A DNA stretch of 64,000 nt from Eledone cirrhosa (GCA_964016885.1 OZ024758.1:1364001-1428000), one strand, 5' to 3'; counted from the first letter of the stretch, positions 13,505 through 27,567 are shown. A program made the numbers and translations. The notes: generated from the sequence alone by a model not told the origin.

Positions 13505-13888
13505 ATAAACATTGATTGTCAGCTAAATTAACTATAGGGATATAAAACCAAATAGTGAGAGTGTTTTATTATTTTTTCTGGCAATATTATAACAATAGGG
13601 CGGTGAATTGGCGGTGAATTGGCAGTATCAGTAGAGGGTCGGGCGCCATGCTTTGCAGCACAGTTACGTCCCTTTACGGACTGAGTTCAAATCCCGCCGA
13701 GGTTAACTTTGCCTTTCATCCTTATGGGGTCGATAAAATAACGTACCAGTAATACACTGGGGTAATTGCTGGCCTTGTGCCAAAAGTAGAAACAATATTA
13801 TAACAATATGAACCTCCCAATACAACAATATTTGTTTAAACTCACCATTTCAAATCAAAACCCTTGCAAAACAAATTCCTCACCGAAT
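13505..13888 (+). mobile_element. Family-E microsatellite-associated element, interrupted by a SINE
   Basis: Matches the uninterrupted copy at 23785-23928 and inverted or partial copies at 22888-23008 and about 54370-54450. Confidence 0.65.
13598..13792 (+). mobile_element. Full-length Meta-type SINE (short subfamily) with 16-bp TSD
   Basis: TSD CAATATTATAACAATA at 13582-13597 and 13793-13808; A/B boxes and family core present. Confidence 0.92.
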
Positions 13889-13913
13889 GTATATATATAT
13901 ATATATATATATC

Positions 13914-14042
13914 GGGCTTTGAAATGATTTCCTCCGAATGGAACAGTTAAAGTCCTGTAGAAGCCATTTCTATATTAAATGTTTGTATGCTATGTATTGA
14001 GTACCTTACTTATTGTGGTTACCTCCGATTTAACCCGGGATA
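13914..14042 (+). mobile_element. Family-A HHR element, degenerate core plus 3' tail
   Basis: GGCTTT-[GAAATGA]-TTTC ctcc GAAT-GGAA-CAG..CTG-TA-GAAGCC, followed by a tail matching 5391-5447. Confidence 0.65.
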
Positions 14043-14077
14043 CACACACACACACACACACACACTACGCACACACA

Positions 14078-14128
<51 letters not shown>

Positions 14129-14445
14129 CCACACCCACACACGCACACACGCACACACACACGCACACCACACACATATATATATATATACTCATTAGTT
14201 TAATCAAGGCAGGACCTATCACCATTTTGCTATTTGATGTATTGTTGATAATAATAACTAATTGAAGCTAAGTGAAATCTGTTTGTTTGCAGACGACGGC
14301 AGATTGGATACGCGTTTTTGAGGCAAATGGTATAGAGTTGCATAATTTCTATCGATTAGTCTCACATCGATAATACTGCTCCCAGAAACGATCAAGAAGC
14401 AATCGATTAATTACATACTTTTATTCATTTGTAGTTCAACATCAC

Positions 14446-14505
<60 letters not shown>

Positions 14506-14508
14506 GCA

Positions 14509-14563
<55 letters not shown>

Positions 14564-14579
14564 ATGTGTGTATGTGTAT

Positions 14580-14675
<96 letters not shown>

Positions 14676-14756
14676 GGTAAACAGAAATAACAACACAATC
14701 GGTACAGTATATGGAAGAGATATATTAAGTTAACGCTTGAAATAGCAGGAAGAGGG

Positions 14757-14792
14757 TTTTAACGTTTCGGACGCTAGTCCTTCATCAGAAGA
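14757..14792 (-). ncRNA. Minimal Penelope-type hammerhead motif
   Basis: CTGATGA-A-GGAC tagc GTCC-GAAA-CG-TT with palindromic AACGTT stem III; stem I is weak. Confidence 0.6.
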
Positions 14793-14984
14793 AAGACTGA
14801 CAAATAAGATAAATTGAAGGGACGGGTGGGATGGAGTTGGAAAAATATCTTTAGATAAAAATAACAGGTCTATTCATGTTGACATCTCTGGAGAATTGAA
14901 GGCACTTATCAACACTTTTTTTTAATTCTTTACAAGTTGTTTCATCTGCATAGGTGACGCTACATAGGTGACTGTATGTATGTT

Positions 14985-15026
<42 letters not shown>

Positions 15027-15518
15027 TAGGGGTGTTTCTAACTAAGAAAGTCGAATGTAATGTGTTCTTAATCCCATATATTTGATATTAAAAGCATTAG
15101 GTTTAGTAGAGAGTGGGTGAGAGAGAAGAAGACGAAGAAGAAGAAGAAGAAGAAGAAGAAGAAGAAGAAGAAGAAGAAGAAGAAGAAGAAGAAGAAACGG
15201 CGATGGTGGTAGATGTGTTGCTACAGATGGTGGTGGTGGTAGTGGTGGTGGGGTGTGAGGAGGGGGGGGGGGTGATGACGACGATGGATAACGATAAGGA
15301 TGATGAAATTGCTAATGATCATGATGGCGATGATAGTGAATGCTGCTGGTTGTAGATGTGTTATGATTATGATGATGTCAATTGTGATTGTCACAAAAAT
15401 GTGTTAGAAGAATGTAGAACAATATGAAAGACGAAGGAATACAACAGGTGGCGCCACAAGACAGAATGTGATTGAGATGCGGGGAAAATAGCAGAGAAAG
15501 AAAGAGAGAAAGAAAGAG

Positions 15519-15569
<51 letters not shown>

Positions 15570-16261
15570 AGGAAAGAAAAAAGAAAGAAAGGAAGAAAAA
15601 AGTAAGAAAGAAAGTAAAATGTAAGAAAAAATAAAGAAAGATTAAAAGAAACCAAGCAAAAAAGCAACAAAAAAAGAAAGGTAGGAACAAAAAAAAACAA
15701 CGAAAGAATTAATGCAGAATCCACAGAGAAAGGTTCAATAATAAATAGAGAGATAAAAGAATTTCCAGAAAATAGAAAAAAAAACTATTTTCAACATTAT
15801 GTAATATCAACATTACATAAGAGAACATCAAGAGGAGATATTTCCCTTTGAGCTAATATTAATATATTTATATAAAGTAATTCAAATGTAAATAATATTA
15901 TGTAAATATTCTCGTTGTAAAAGTACATGGAGCCTTCCAGCTTGACTTCTACATACAGCAATAGCTCGAATGTTTAACGTTATATTTCGCATTATTAATT
16001 CGTTATCAGGGGAAGATGTTTATGAGGATAATTTCATTTAATTATGGAAACGAATATCAACTTATTTAAAGTAAAGTGGACCAAGAATGTCCCTGCACAC
16101 ATATACACACACATTCTCACACACATTTATATATATATATTCATGTTAGTGAATGTTACCTAAATGCATTAAAATTGAAACGAACGAAGATGTTTTTAAA
16201 ATTATTTGAAGTATCATGTATCATATTTGGCTTTTCACTTGAATTAAATACATATATATAT

Positions 16262-16718
16262 ATTAAAAATTAGAATTGTAGCTCTGAAATAGCAATATAT
16301 ATATGGATGTAAATATAATGTATTTTGCAATACACTTTATGCTTAATTAAAAGCATTTTGAAGACCGTAAGCTATTGTTTTAAAGTAGTGACAAATTCAC
16401 TCACTTCGATCTCAGCAAACAGGAGGAGATAAGCCGACATGACATGTTTCGCTTTTGTTGAAGCTTATCAAGGCCAACTACCCCGCCCGTCCGCTGAGAT
16501 CAATGATGTTATATTCTTATAGAAATCTAGTAAATAATCAGGAGCTGATTATGCAGAGCGGTTGTTGGTCAGGCAGAAATTAAAAATTAGAATTGTAGCT
16601 CTGAAATAGCAATATATATATGGATGTAAATATAATGTATTTTGCAATACACTTTATGCTTAATTAAAAGCATTTTGAAGACCGTAAGCTATTGTTTTAA
16701 AGTAGTGACAAATTCACT
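16262..16718. repeat. Perfect 140-bp direct repeat (16262-16401 and 16579-16718) flanking a 177-bp insert
   Basis: The two copies appear identical base for base. Confidence 0.95.
16432..16475 (-). ncRNA. Type-I hammerhead ribozyme with U3-A8 core
   Basis: GGCC-TTGATAA-GCTT caacaa AAGC-GAAA-CAT gtc ATG-TC-GGCT, GUC triplet. A 9-bp distal helix is possible between 16408-16416 and 16493-16501. Confidence 0.75.
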
Positions 16719-16864
16719 AGATCGCTATGCATTGAAAACTGAAAAAAAAACTGGCAAACCCAGATGGCTTTGAAACATAGACAGCAACAAATATATCGGT
16801 GAAATTGGACTATTCCATTCGACTCAGCCTGTTCCATAATGGTTTCTGATTGAGTTCGAAGACA

Positions 16865-17476
16865 AGCAATGTGAAGGGAAAGGCAAAGTTGATGAAATTG
16901 ACTCCAGTGTATTACTGGTTGCTATATTCTATCGACTCCGTAAGGATGAAAAGGCAAAGCTTACCTCTGCAGTATTTGAAACCAGAACGTAAAGGGCCGA
17001 AACTATATGCTGCAAAACATGTTATCATATGGTCGACTGATGCTGAAAATCCACCGAATCAGCATGTTCAATAATTGTTTCTACTTTTGGCACAAGGCCA
17101 GCAATTACCCAGTGCATTACTGGTACTTTATTTTATCGACCCCGTAAGGATGAAGGCAAAGTCAACCTCGGCGGGATTTGAACTCAGAATGGCAAGGGCC
17201 GTAACTCTATGCGTCAAAGCATGGCGTCCGACCCTCTACCGATATTGCCAATCCACAATGTTTCTGATTTAGACACAAGGCCAACAATTTTAGAGGAGGT
17301 AAAAGTCGACTAAATATCACCCCAATACATTACTGGTACTTTATTTTATCGACCAAGTAAGGTTGAAAGGCAAAGTTAGCCGCGTCAGGATTTGAACTCA
17401 GAATGTAAAGGGCCATAACTCTATACTACAAAGCATGGTGTCTGACCCTCTACCGATACTATCAATCCAGCCTCCC
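16865..17476 (-). mobile_element. Cluster of three head-to-tail Meta-type SINEs
   Basis: Copies at about 16865-17056, 17074-17256 and 17260-17476, all on the same strand. Confidence 0.85.
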
Positions 17477-17585
17477 CTCTCAGCATATTAGATAATAACA
17501 TCAAACCAATGCTGATTCGTGAGATATAACAATAGGGAGCATGTCCCACGTCAGCAACCAGTTCATAATTCTATGTGTAACAGGT

Positions 17586-19232
17586 ATGATGACATGTAGT
17601 GATATAATAGGAAATGGGAGAAATACACCTGAATGATGACATGTAGTGATATAATAGGAAATGGGAGAAATACACCTGAATGATGACATGTAGTGATATA
17701 ATAGGAAATGTGAGAATTACACCTGAATAATGACATGTAGTGATATAATGGGAAATGGGAGAATTACACCTGAATAATGACATGTAGTGATATAATAGGA
17801 AATGGGAGAAATACACCTGAATGATGACATGTAGTGATATAATAGGAAATGGGAGAAATACACCTGAATGATGACATGTAGTGATATAATAGGAAATGGG
17901 AGAATTACACCTGAATAATGACATGTAGTGATATAATAGGAAATGGGAGAAATACACCTGAATGATGACATGTAGTGATATAATAGGAAATGGGAGAAAT
18001 ACACCTGAATGATGACATGTAGTGATATAATAGTAAATGTGAGAATTACACCTGAATGATGACATGTAGTGATATAATAGCAAATGGGAGAAATACACTT
18101 GAATGATGACATGTAGTGATATAATAGGAAATGTGAGAAATACACCTGAATGATGACATGTAGTGATATAATAGCAAATGTGAGAAATACACCTGAATGA
18201 TGACATGTAGTGATATAATAGGAAATGTGAGAAATACACCTGGATGATGACATGTAGTGATATAATAGCAAATGGGAGAAATACACCTGAATGATGACAT
18301 GTAGTGATATAATAGCAAATGTGAGAAATACACCTGAATGATGACATGTAGTGATATAATAGCAAATGGGAAAAATACACCTGAATGATGACATGTAGTG
18401 ATATAATAGGACATGGGAGAAATACACCTGGATGATGACATGTAGTGATATAATAGCAAATGGGAGAAATACACCTGAATGATGACATGTAGTGATATAA
18501 TAGGAAATGGGAGAAATACACCTGGATGATGACATGTAGTGATATAATAGCAAATGGGAGAAATACATCTGAATGATGACATGTAGTGATATAATAGGAA
18601 ATGTGAGAAATACACCTGAATGATGACATGTAGTGATATAATAGGAAATGGGAGAAATACACCTGGATGATGACATGTAGTGATATAATAGGAAATGTGA
18701 GAAATACACCTGAATGATGACATGTAGTGATATAATAGCAAATGGGAGAAATACACCTGAATGATGACATGTAGTGATATAATAGGAAATGTGAGAAATA
18801 CATCTGAATGATGACATGTAGTGATATAATAGGAAATGGGAGAAATACACCTGAATGATGACATGTAGTGATATAATAGCAAAAGGGAGAAATACACCTG
18901 GATGATGACATGTAGTGATATAATAGGAAATGGGAGAAATACACCTGAATGATGACATGTAGTGATATAATAGGAAATGTGAGAAATACACCTGAATGAT
19001 GACATGTAGTGATATAATAGGAAATGGGAGAAATACACCTGGATGATGACATGTAGTGATATAATAGGAAATGGGAGAAATACACCTGAATGATGACATG
19101 TAGTGATATAATAGGAAATGGGAGAAATACACCTGGATGATGACATGTAGTGATATAATAGCAAATGGGAGAAATACACCTGAATGATGACATGTAGTGA
19201 TATAATAGGAAATGGAAGAAATACACCTGAAT
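17586..19232. repeat. Tandem satellite, 47-bp unit ATGATGACATGTAGTGATATAATAG(G/C)AAATG(G/T)GAGAAATACACCTG(A/G), about 35 copies
   Basis: Period of 47 read directly; explains three overlapping minus-strand ORFs. Confidence 0.97.
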
Positions 19233-19388
19233 CATCAACTTTCAATGAAAAGTAATCATTCCTAATTACTTCTCACCGAACAATCAATCTAAAGAATCAG
19301 TCATTTTTTAGAAAAAGTGGATTAGACATGATTCTATATTTTTAATTATAAGTATTCTACTAGATATATATTCATATTTCAATAGGTT

Positions 19389-19446
<58 letters not shown>

Positions 19447-19737
19447 AATGTATGTATATATATATATATATATATGCATATATATATAATATATATATAT
19501 AATATATATACATATATATTATGCATAAGTAAGTTTGCTAGAATATGCTCTACATACACTATATATGTGTGTGTATATGTGTGTCTGCGCCTGTATGTGT
19601 GTGTATATGTGTGTCTGCGCCTGTATGTGCGTGTCTGTGTGTCTGTGTATGTTCACATTGTTGTAGAAGTTTTTTTATCAGCCGTTCAATTATGGAAAAT
19701 GCTAAACACTTCACTGAAAAAATTATATAATGGTGAC

Positions 19738-19858
19738 AGAAGAAGAAGAAGAAGAAGAAGAAGAAGAAGAAGAAGAAGAAGAAGAAGAAGAAGAAGAAGA
19801 AGAAGAAGAAGAAGAAGAAGAAGAAGAAGAAGAAGAAGAAGAAGAAGAAGAAGAAGAA
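19738..19858. repeat. (AGA)n microsatellite, about 40 units
   Basis: Read directly. The window also has dozens of (TA)n, (TG)n, (GA)n, (TAGA)n, (TAGG)n, (TACA)n and (TAG)n tracts not listed separately. Confidence 0.95.
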
Positions 19859-20432
19859 AGCGATAGTATCTTCAAATTTTAGCCTAAAACAAGTTTCTCA
19901 AACTATACATATGTGTGTACGTGTGTATGTGTGCGAGTGTGTGAGTATCATGTGTGTCACACTGTGTATATGTGTGTGTGTGTTAGTGTGATATGTGTGT
20001 TAGTGTGTGAGTATCATATGTGTCTGTGTGTATATGTGTATATGTGTCTGTGTGTATATCTGTATATGTGTCTGTGTCTCTGTGTGTAAGTGAGTCATGC
20101 AAAACATTTCAAAACAGCAAAATTATTTTTACTGTGGAAATTGAAATTTTCTCTGATATATGACGAAGTGGGATCTTGTAGGAAATAAAAGAAGCAATTT
20201 CATGGTTTGAGCGTATGTGTGTCTGTGTGACAGAAGTTTGGGAGTGTTTGTGTGTCTGTGTGTATTTGTGTGTGTGTGTATTTGTATGTGTGGGTGGATA
20301 GTTGTGTGTGTGTGTGTGAATGTGTAGATTTTTGTGCGTCACTGTGTGTGCGTGTTTGTGTGTGATTTTATGTGTGAGTTTTTATGTTTGTCTGCCATTG
20401 TGTATGTGCTTGTGTATATATATGTGTGTGTA

Positions 20433-20497
<65 letters not shown>

Positions 20498-21111
20498 GTG
20501 TGTGTGTGGAAATATGGAATGGATAAGATGAAATTCGGCATTAGAAACTGGGAAAGTGAAAAAGAAGAATTAGGTAGAAACATAAAAATAGCTAGACAAA
20601 CATACAGATTTCTAAATACAAAGATGTAGAGCTGGATATATATATATATATATATACAGATGTAAAGAGGTTTGTAGATAGGCAGATAGTTCTGTAGGTA
20701 AGTAGGTTGGAAGGTAAGTAGATATGTAAGTAGGGACGTAGGTTGGTAGTTAGCAAGCTTTCCTGGTAGGTAGGTAGGTAAAAAGATAGGTTGGTAGAAA
20801 TATAGATATGTATGTGGGTAGGTAGGTGTGTAAGTAGGTAGGTAGGTAAGTAGGTAGGTAGGTAGGTAGGTAGGTAGGTAGGTAGGTAAGTAGAGAGGTT
20901 GGTAGGTAGGTAGGTAGGTAGGTAGGTAGGTAGGTAGGTAAGTAGAGAGGTTGGTAGGTAGGTAGGTAGGTAGGTAGGTACGTATGTAGTTTTACGTTTT
21001 TACGATTATAAGGAAACAAAACTAAGATGCTCACCTGAAGCATAATAATTATAATTCCTGCTTCGACACGCACATATGATTTTTACTTAAGAAGCCCCTC
21101 CACGGGTCCGT

Positions 21112-21173
<62 letters not shown>

Positions 21174-21431
21174 GTATATATATAATCGTTTTTGTGCACG
21201 TTTGTGTTTGTGTGTACTTTTTATATATTTATAAATATATATACAAGTATAAATATATATATCTTTTTTTTAATATATATATACAAGTATATATATATAT
21301 TTATATATATTATATATATTTATTTATTTATATATATATTTATTTATTTATATATATGTATATATATATATATCTATATATATATACACTTATATATATA
21401 TATAAATATATACAATATATATGTATGTGTT

Positions 21432-21484
<53 letters not shown>

Positions 21485-22887
21485 GTGTGTGTGTGTGTGT
21501 ATGTATGTATATGCCAGGAGATCTTATAAACAGGCTTGAGTCTCGTCACTAGGATGTTCAACCACGTCACACATCTTTACATATAACTTCACATACCAAT
21601 CTACTTCAATTAAATGACATGAAAAAATAGCGTATAAGATAAATTGCAATTGTATATAACTTTAATTAATCTGAGAGTATACATTACAAGAAGACATGTT
21701 TTTTCAAGGCTGACTCGTCAGGTGTCAAAAGATTTTAAATTAATTTTATAGCATTTTTAAAAAAAATATTTTCACCATCATTACGATGAGAAAGATCATT
21801 ACATTGGTTGTAATGATAACATCAGTTTACTATCAATAAAATGATCATCATTGTCATAAGTAATCGAGGAAAACTATCATCGCCCACGCCACACTATCAT
21901 CGTTATCGTCATCTAAGCCATTAGCAACAATACCGTCATTATCTTCATTATTATTATTATCACCCACTTCCACCCCTACCTCCATCAACATCGTCACCAC
22001 CCCCTTAACACCATTATTATTAGCATCAGCATCACCATCATCATCATCAGCAGCAGCAGCAGCATTATCATCACCATCATCACCATCACCGCAACCAACA
22101 TCATTATCATCATCATTATCATCATCATCATCATCATAGCCATCATAATCACCATCATCATCATCACCCTCATCATCATCATCATCATAGCCATCATAAT
22201 CACCATCATCATCATCACCCTCATCATCATCATCACCATCATCACCATCACCATCATCAACATCTACATATTTACATATTCACCAGTATCATTACCACTA
22301 TCAACAAACTCGTTATCATATTATATCCACCACCACCACCATCACCCTCTTCATCTCTACTTGTGCCATTATCATCATCATCACAGCATCAACTTCACAA
22401 TAATTTTCTTAAATAGATTCTTTTTTAAATAAATCGATAGGGTTAAATAAATTCTTTGTATTTTTCTTGTTTTATTTTCTCTGTGTTTAATTTTATATTT
22501 TATTTGTTTTTGTTTTTGTTTTGTTTTTGTTTTTGTTTTTGTTTTTGTTTTGTTATATTTATTTTTACTTTCTTTCAAGTAGAGAGAAAGCATATTTAAG
22601 TTCTGATTGAATAGTTTTCTAATAAATAGAAAAGAAAAACTAAAAATATGTTACGTAGAATTGTAAAGAAATTTATAAATGTGTCCAATTAAAAATATAC
22701 ATATGTAACATAATTTTAACTGTGATCGATATATTTAGCTGCCAGTTATTTATGAATACGAGGCTGCGAATTGGTAGAGTTAGAATATTGGACAGAACGT
22801 CGGATAGGTTACTTTGCGGTCTTCGATTCGACTCTCCATATATGAACGTGTATATATATATATATATATATATATAAATACATATAT

Positions 22888-23008
22888 AGTTTTGCGAGGT
22901 TTTTGATATGAAATCGTGTGTCGAAACAAATATTGTTATACTTGGGGAGGGTCATTAGGTTATTAATTCTGGCAATATTACACAAATATGACCCTCCCCA
23001 AGTATAAC
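22888..23008 (-). mobile_element. Family-E element with fold-back
   Basis: 21-bp inverted arms GTTATACTTGGGGAGGGTCAT at 22935-22955 and 22988-23008. Confidence 0.65.
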
Positions 23009-23464
23009 CACATTTTCTAATGTTTCAATATTAGGTTTAGTTTTTGACAAGCGAAGTCTCAAGTTTCCTGTTTCATTTCTTTGTAATGTTTAGTTACTTG
23101 TGTTAAACACAGCTTGATATAAACATTTATGTCAAGCTGTGACAAAATAAAAAATGATGTCAAGCTTTTATCTTTTATTCAGTTTTAAGATACGTTCATA
23201 TTTTTTATGTCCTTCAATTGAATGATAAAAGATATTCTAAAAAATAGCATCGTTTATATAAAGAAAGGAAGGAGTGAGCAGCACTTTTAATTCTTGCCAA
23301 AGTTTAAGATGCATATTTTGCAACTTTAATCAGAATGTACATATCTACTTTGTTGAGATTTGAATAAAATATACGATGTAATGAAAAAGATTTATGTCTC
23401 GCTCGTGTATTTTCTGTTCGTATATTTCTTATGTATATCATCTATCAATTTCCGAAGATAGGAA

Positions 23465-23740
23465 CAACTAGACCATCCGCGACCCGTTGGGTCACGTTCA
23501 CTTAAAAATATCTTTTTAAAAAATCATGTTCACTTAAAAATAATTTTTAAATAATTAAAATATATAGACATGTAAATAATGTGAAATGAAATTTTCAATC
23601 TACTCTCTCACAACTATCTCTTTCCCTCTATAATTCTCTCTCTCTGTTTATGAAGGTATCCGAAAAAAACTGTATCTTGGTAACCCGTGCTCCGATTTAC
23701 GCGAAACTTGTTTATTCCATTTTTATTGCCATTTATATAT
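23465..23740 (+). mobile_element. Possible non-autonomous Helitron/HINE-like element
   Basis: Begins AACTAG followed by the hairpin GACCC-GTT-GGGTC; no further support. Confidence 0.25.
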
Positions 23741-23750
23741 ATACATATAT

Positions 23751-23922
23751 ATATTGCCAGAAATAACCGGTGGTCAATCAATGATAAACATTGATTGCCA
23801 AATAAATTAACTATGGAGATATAAAAGATACAGGAGCGAAAACCAACCCAAACAGTGAGTGTGTTCTGTTATTATTTCTGGCAATATTATAACAATATGA
23901 CCCCCCCCCCCCCCCCAAGTAT

Positions 23923-23928
<6 letters not shown>
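23751..23928 (+). mobile_element. Family-E element with short inverted 5' segment
   Basis: ATATTGCCAGAAATAA (23751-23766) is the inverse of 23872-23887; both sides are flanked by (TA)n. Confidence 0.65.
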
Positions 23929-23996
<68 letters not shown>

Positions 23997-24038
23997 ATTG
24001 ATGAAAGTTGGTTGATATATATATATATATACATATGC

Positions 24039-24098
24039 CTGATGATTTCATATGAATGAAACAGTTCCAGTCCTGTAGAACCCATTTCTATATTAAAT
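24039..24098 (+). ncRNA. Family-A HHR with intact core, stem I 5' strand lost
   Basis: CTGATGA-T TTC atat GAA T-GAAA-CAG ttccagtc CTG-TA-GAA. Confidence 0.65.
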
Positions 24099-24099
24099 A

Positions 24100-24280
24100 A
24101 CTGTTTTTAATTTGGCCACAAGGCCACCAATTATCCCAGTGCATTACTGCTACTATATTTTATCGACCCCTTAAGGATGAAAGGCAAAGTTATCCTCGGC
24201 GGCATTTGAACTCAGAAGGGCAAGGGCCGTAACTCTATGCGTCAAAGCATGGCTTCCGACCTTCTACCGATACTGTGAAT
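24100..24280 (-). mobile_element. Meta-type SINE
   Basis: Family core and boxes present. Confidence 0.8.
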
Positions 24281-25295
24281 TAAATAATTGTTCAATTAAA
24301 TAACGATATATAAATATATATATGAGTGTGTGTGTTGTATGTGTGTGTGAGTCTGTGTGTGTGTATGTGTGTGTGTATATGTGTTCATGTGTGTGTGTGT
24401 GATAAATTATAAAGTGTTCTAATAGGAATGTTCTCCTCTTATATCCGTCTTTTTCCCTTTAGAATTATTTAAAATAAAAGAACTTCCATCATGGCGGCTT
24501 CTAACTAGTTTTACATGGAATTCAAATTTTTCCTTTCGCAGTTTCTTTTATTTATTTTGTGTTGTATTTTTTCATTTGTTTCTATAATAATTTGTTGTCT
24601 TTTTTCTTTGTTTTTCTTTTTCTTGTGTGTGTGTATTGTGTCTGTGTACATATGTTTGTTTGTGTGTTTGTGTCTGTGTTTATCTCTGTGTGTGTCTGTG
24701 TGTATGTCTGTGTGTGTGCTTGTGTGAGTGTGTGTGTTTATGTGTGTGTGATTTGTGAGTGTGGGTGTGTGTGTATTGTGAATATATGTGTGTGTATGTA
24801 TGTGTGTATATATATGTGTGTGTGCTTGCGTATGTGTGTGTGTATGTGTTTGTATGTATGTGTGTGTGTGTATGTGTTAGAGTGTGTGTATATATATATG
24901 GGTATGTTTTATGTGTGTATGTGTGTGTATTTATATATATGTGTGTGTGTTGTCCTTTCTGGCTCTATATGGTGTAACCTGATATATGCCAGTGAAGCGA
25001 GCAGATAAAATTAACAACGTAAAATTACTCATTAATGAAATTTGAATATTTTGGCGTAGAATTACAAATTGAAGAATTTAGAGAAAAACGTATTTCTTTG
25101 TATCCAAATAAAAATAAATGCGCATATAATAGATTGTTTATTTGACGGAACACCGTGTAGCTAAATTTAAATTAGTGTTACCTTGTTTCAATTCCAACCT
25201 GGAAAATTTCCACCTTTTATAAAGCTGCTCTCTCCATTATAACATGTATCAGAGTGTCAGGCTTTTCTCTTAAGCATACAAGCAATATTCGATAT

Positions 25296-25718
25296 AATTG
25301 TTTCTACTTTCGGCACAAGGCCAGCAATTATCCAGTACATTACTGGTACTTCATTTTATCGATCCCGTAAGGATGAAAGGCAAAGTTAACCTCGGCAGGA
25401 TTTGAACTGAACCAATAATAATAATAATCTTGCTTGAAAATATCAACTAAATATTGCTCAAGTCACACTTTACTATCTTAAAAAAGAAAGAATACATTAA
25501 ATAATGTAGTCCTTTGTTTTGAGAGATATAAAGCTGATTTGGGGCTAAACAACAATAATTGGTTCTGTTTTTGGCACAGGGCCAGAAATTATGCCAGTGT
25601 ATTACTGGTACTTTTATTTTTATCGATCCCGTAAGGATGAAAGGCAAAGTTAACCTCGGCGGGATTTGAACTCTAAGCTGCAAAGCATAGCGTCCGACCC
25701 TCTACCGATACTGCCAAT
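25296..25718 (-). mobile_element. Two Meta-type SINE copies (25296-25410 and 25557-25718)
   Basis: Family core present in both. Confidence 0.8.
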
Positions 25719-27243
25719 GCTCTGTCACTTTCTCGTTAAGTTAATGAGCAAGCTGTTTTGTTGGCCGAATCAAGTGGAACACTCGTCGCCGTAACTGACG
25801 GAATGCCATTTAATATTGTATATAGGCAGAGAACACTTTTACAATAATAGATATTTGTGGAGATAATTTATTTGTGAAAAGGATGTACTGTATCCATAAG
25901 ATCTAAACGTAAAAGAATTCTTGACCATTTGGCAAAATAACTTTTTATCACTATGAAAAGAACATTGTAGAACTTTCAGCTAAGAAATTCTATTATACAC
26001 TTTAAATATTTATAAATATAAATTCGACTTAACTCTCATCATTTATTGTTTAATTTTTTTTTAAATCATCTTTAAAATAGAATAAAAAATTAATCCTCTC
26101 TAGATAAATGGTTAAATTTAAAAGAAAAACCTGATAGAAAACAATTCTGAAAGAATGGCTTCTGCAGAACCCGGATGCAGTAACACGAATCGAAAATTAA
26201 GTGAAACTATAGAAGCTGTGCTCAAAATGAAGGATGCTCAACGAATGTTTTTCGCAATATTTATTTACGTTCTTTTGTTTTCTTTTCTTTTTGTCTTAGG
26301 CATGAAGAGCATCGTTCAGTCTACTAAAATTGTAACTTCAAAATATCATTTGGCGAATGGAATTATGAAACCCACTAAATGAATAAAAAATAAAAACCAT
26401 CTTGACACTTGAATTTTTTCCTGTACAGGTAAATCGTTTTCTGAAAGATTACTAAAATTATCGATGTTAAAAAAACAATTTTTTGAAAAAGTTACATTCA
26501 TTCAAGTAAGCCATTTCGTAGTGACATACGATGTCTCATATTTAATTATAAAATCTACGAAACCGTACAGGATTTATCAGCTTGCGGCAGATAGAATCGC
26601 AGAAATTATTCACGGGAAGATCTTTGCAAATTAATCAAAAAAAGAATCAACTGTCAAATGATATTATGTGTTTAAAAAAATGCAGAAATTAGCAACTACC
26701 AATTTCTGTAAGTTGCTGAAAAATTAAAGGAAGTACTGATTTTGCCATTTAGTTGAATTAATCGACCGACATTAAAAATACGGTTCAAGAATTAGTATTT
26801 ATTACGCATTTGTATGAAAATTATCAGACTTGCTGTGTAGTCGATCGTTAAATGAACGTACAAAAGGAACACAGTTTTTCTTCCAGATGGACTAAAACCG
26901 ATTTTTTAAAGATGATCTTAAATCGTGTGTGTCTGGTAATTCTTCATATAATTTTATGTGAGCATGTGTGCCCACGTTCGTGTGTTTCCGTGAGTTTATG
27001 AGGTTATTAGTCTGTGTATGTGGATGTGTGTGTACGCATGTATGTATAAAAGCTTGTATGACTGTCTCTATCCGTATGTAGTATATTCCAGGCCTGGAAT
27101 CGAAGCATGTGAGAAGGACTGGTGTGTAGCAGTCAAGGGTAGATTATTGCATATATATATTATTGGAACTGCTGAGTATACATAATATTCTCAAATGTAT
27201 GCATCGTCTGATTAGCCGAAATATGTATATATGTATATGTGTG

Positions 27244-27285
<42 letters not shown>

Positions 27286-27344
27286 CAAATATATATATAT
27301 ATATATATATACATACAAATATATATATATATATATATATACAT

Positions 27345-27431
<87 letters not shown>

Positions 27432-27515
27432 TATATATATATATATATGCATGCATATATATATATATATATGCATGCATATATATATATATATATGCAT
27501 GCATACACACACACA

Positions 27516-27567
<52 letters not shown>

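Noticed and set aside
17571-19245. Three overlapping minus-strand ORFs of 399-555 aa; possible CRISPR-like array
   Set aside because: All come from a 47-bp tandem repeat with no unique spacers and no cas genes.
21692-21725. Minus-strand CTGACGA-GTCA gcct TGA-AAAAA-CATG-TC hammerhead-like motif
   Set aside because: CGAAA is replaced by AAAAA and stem I does not pair; at best a dead relic.
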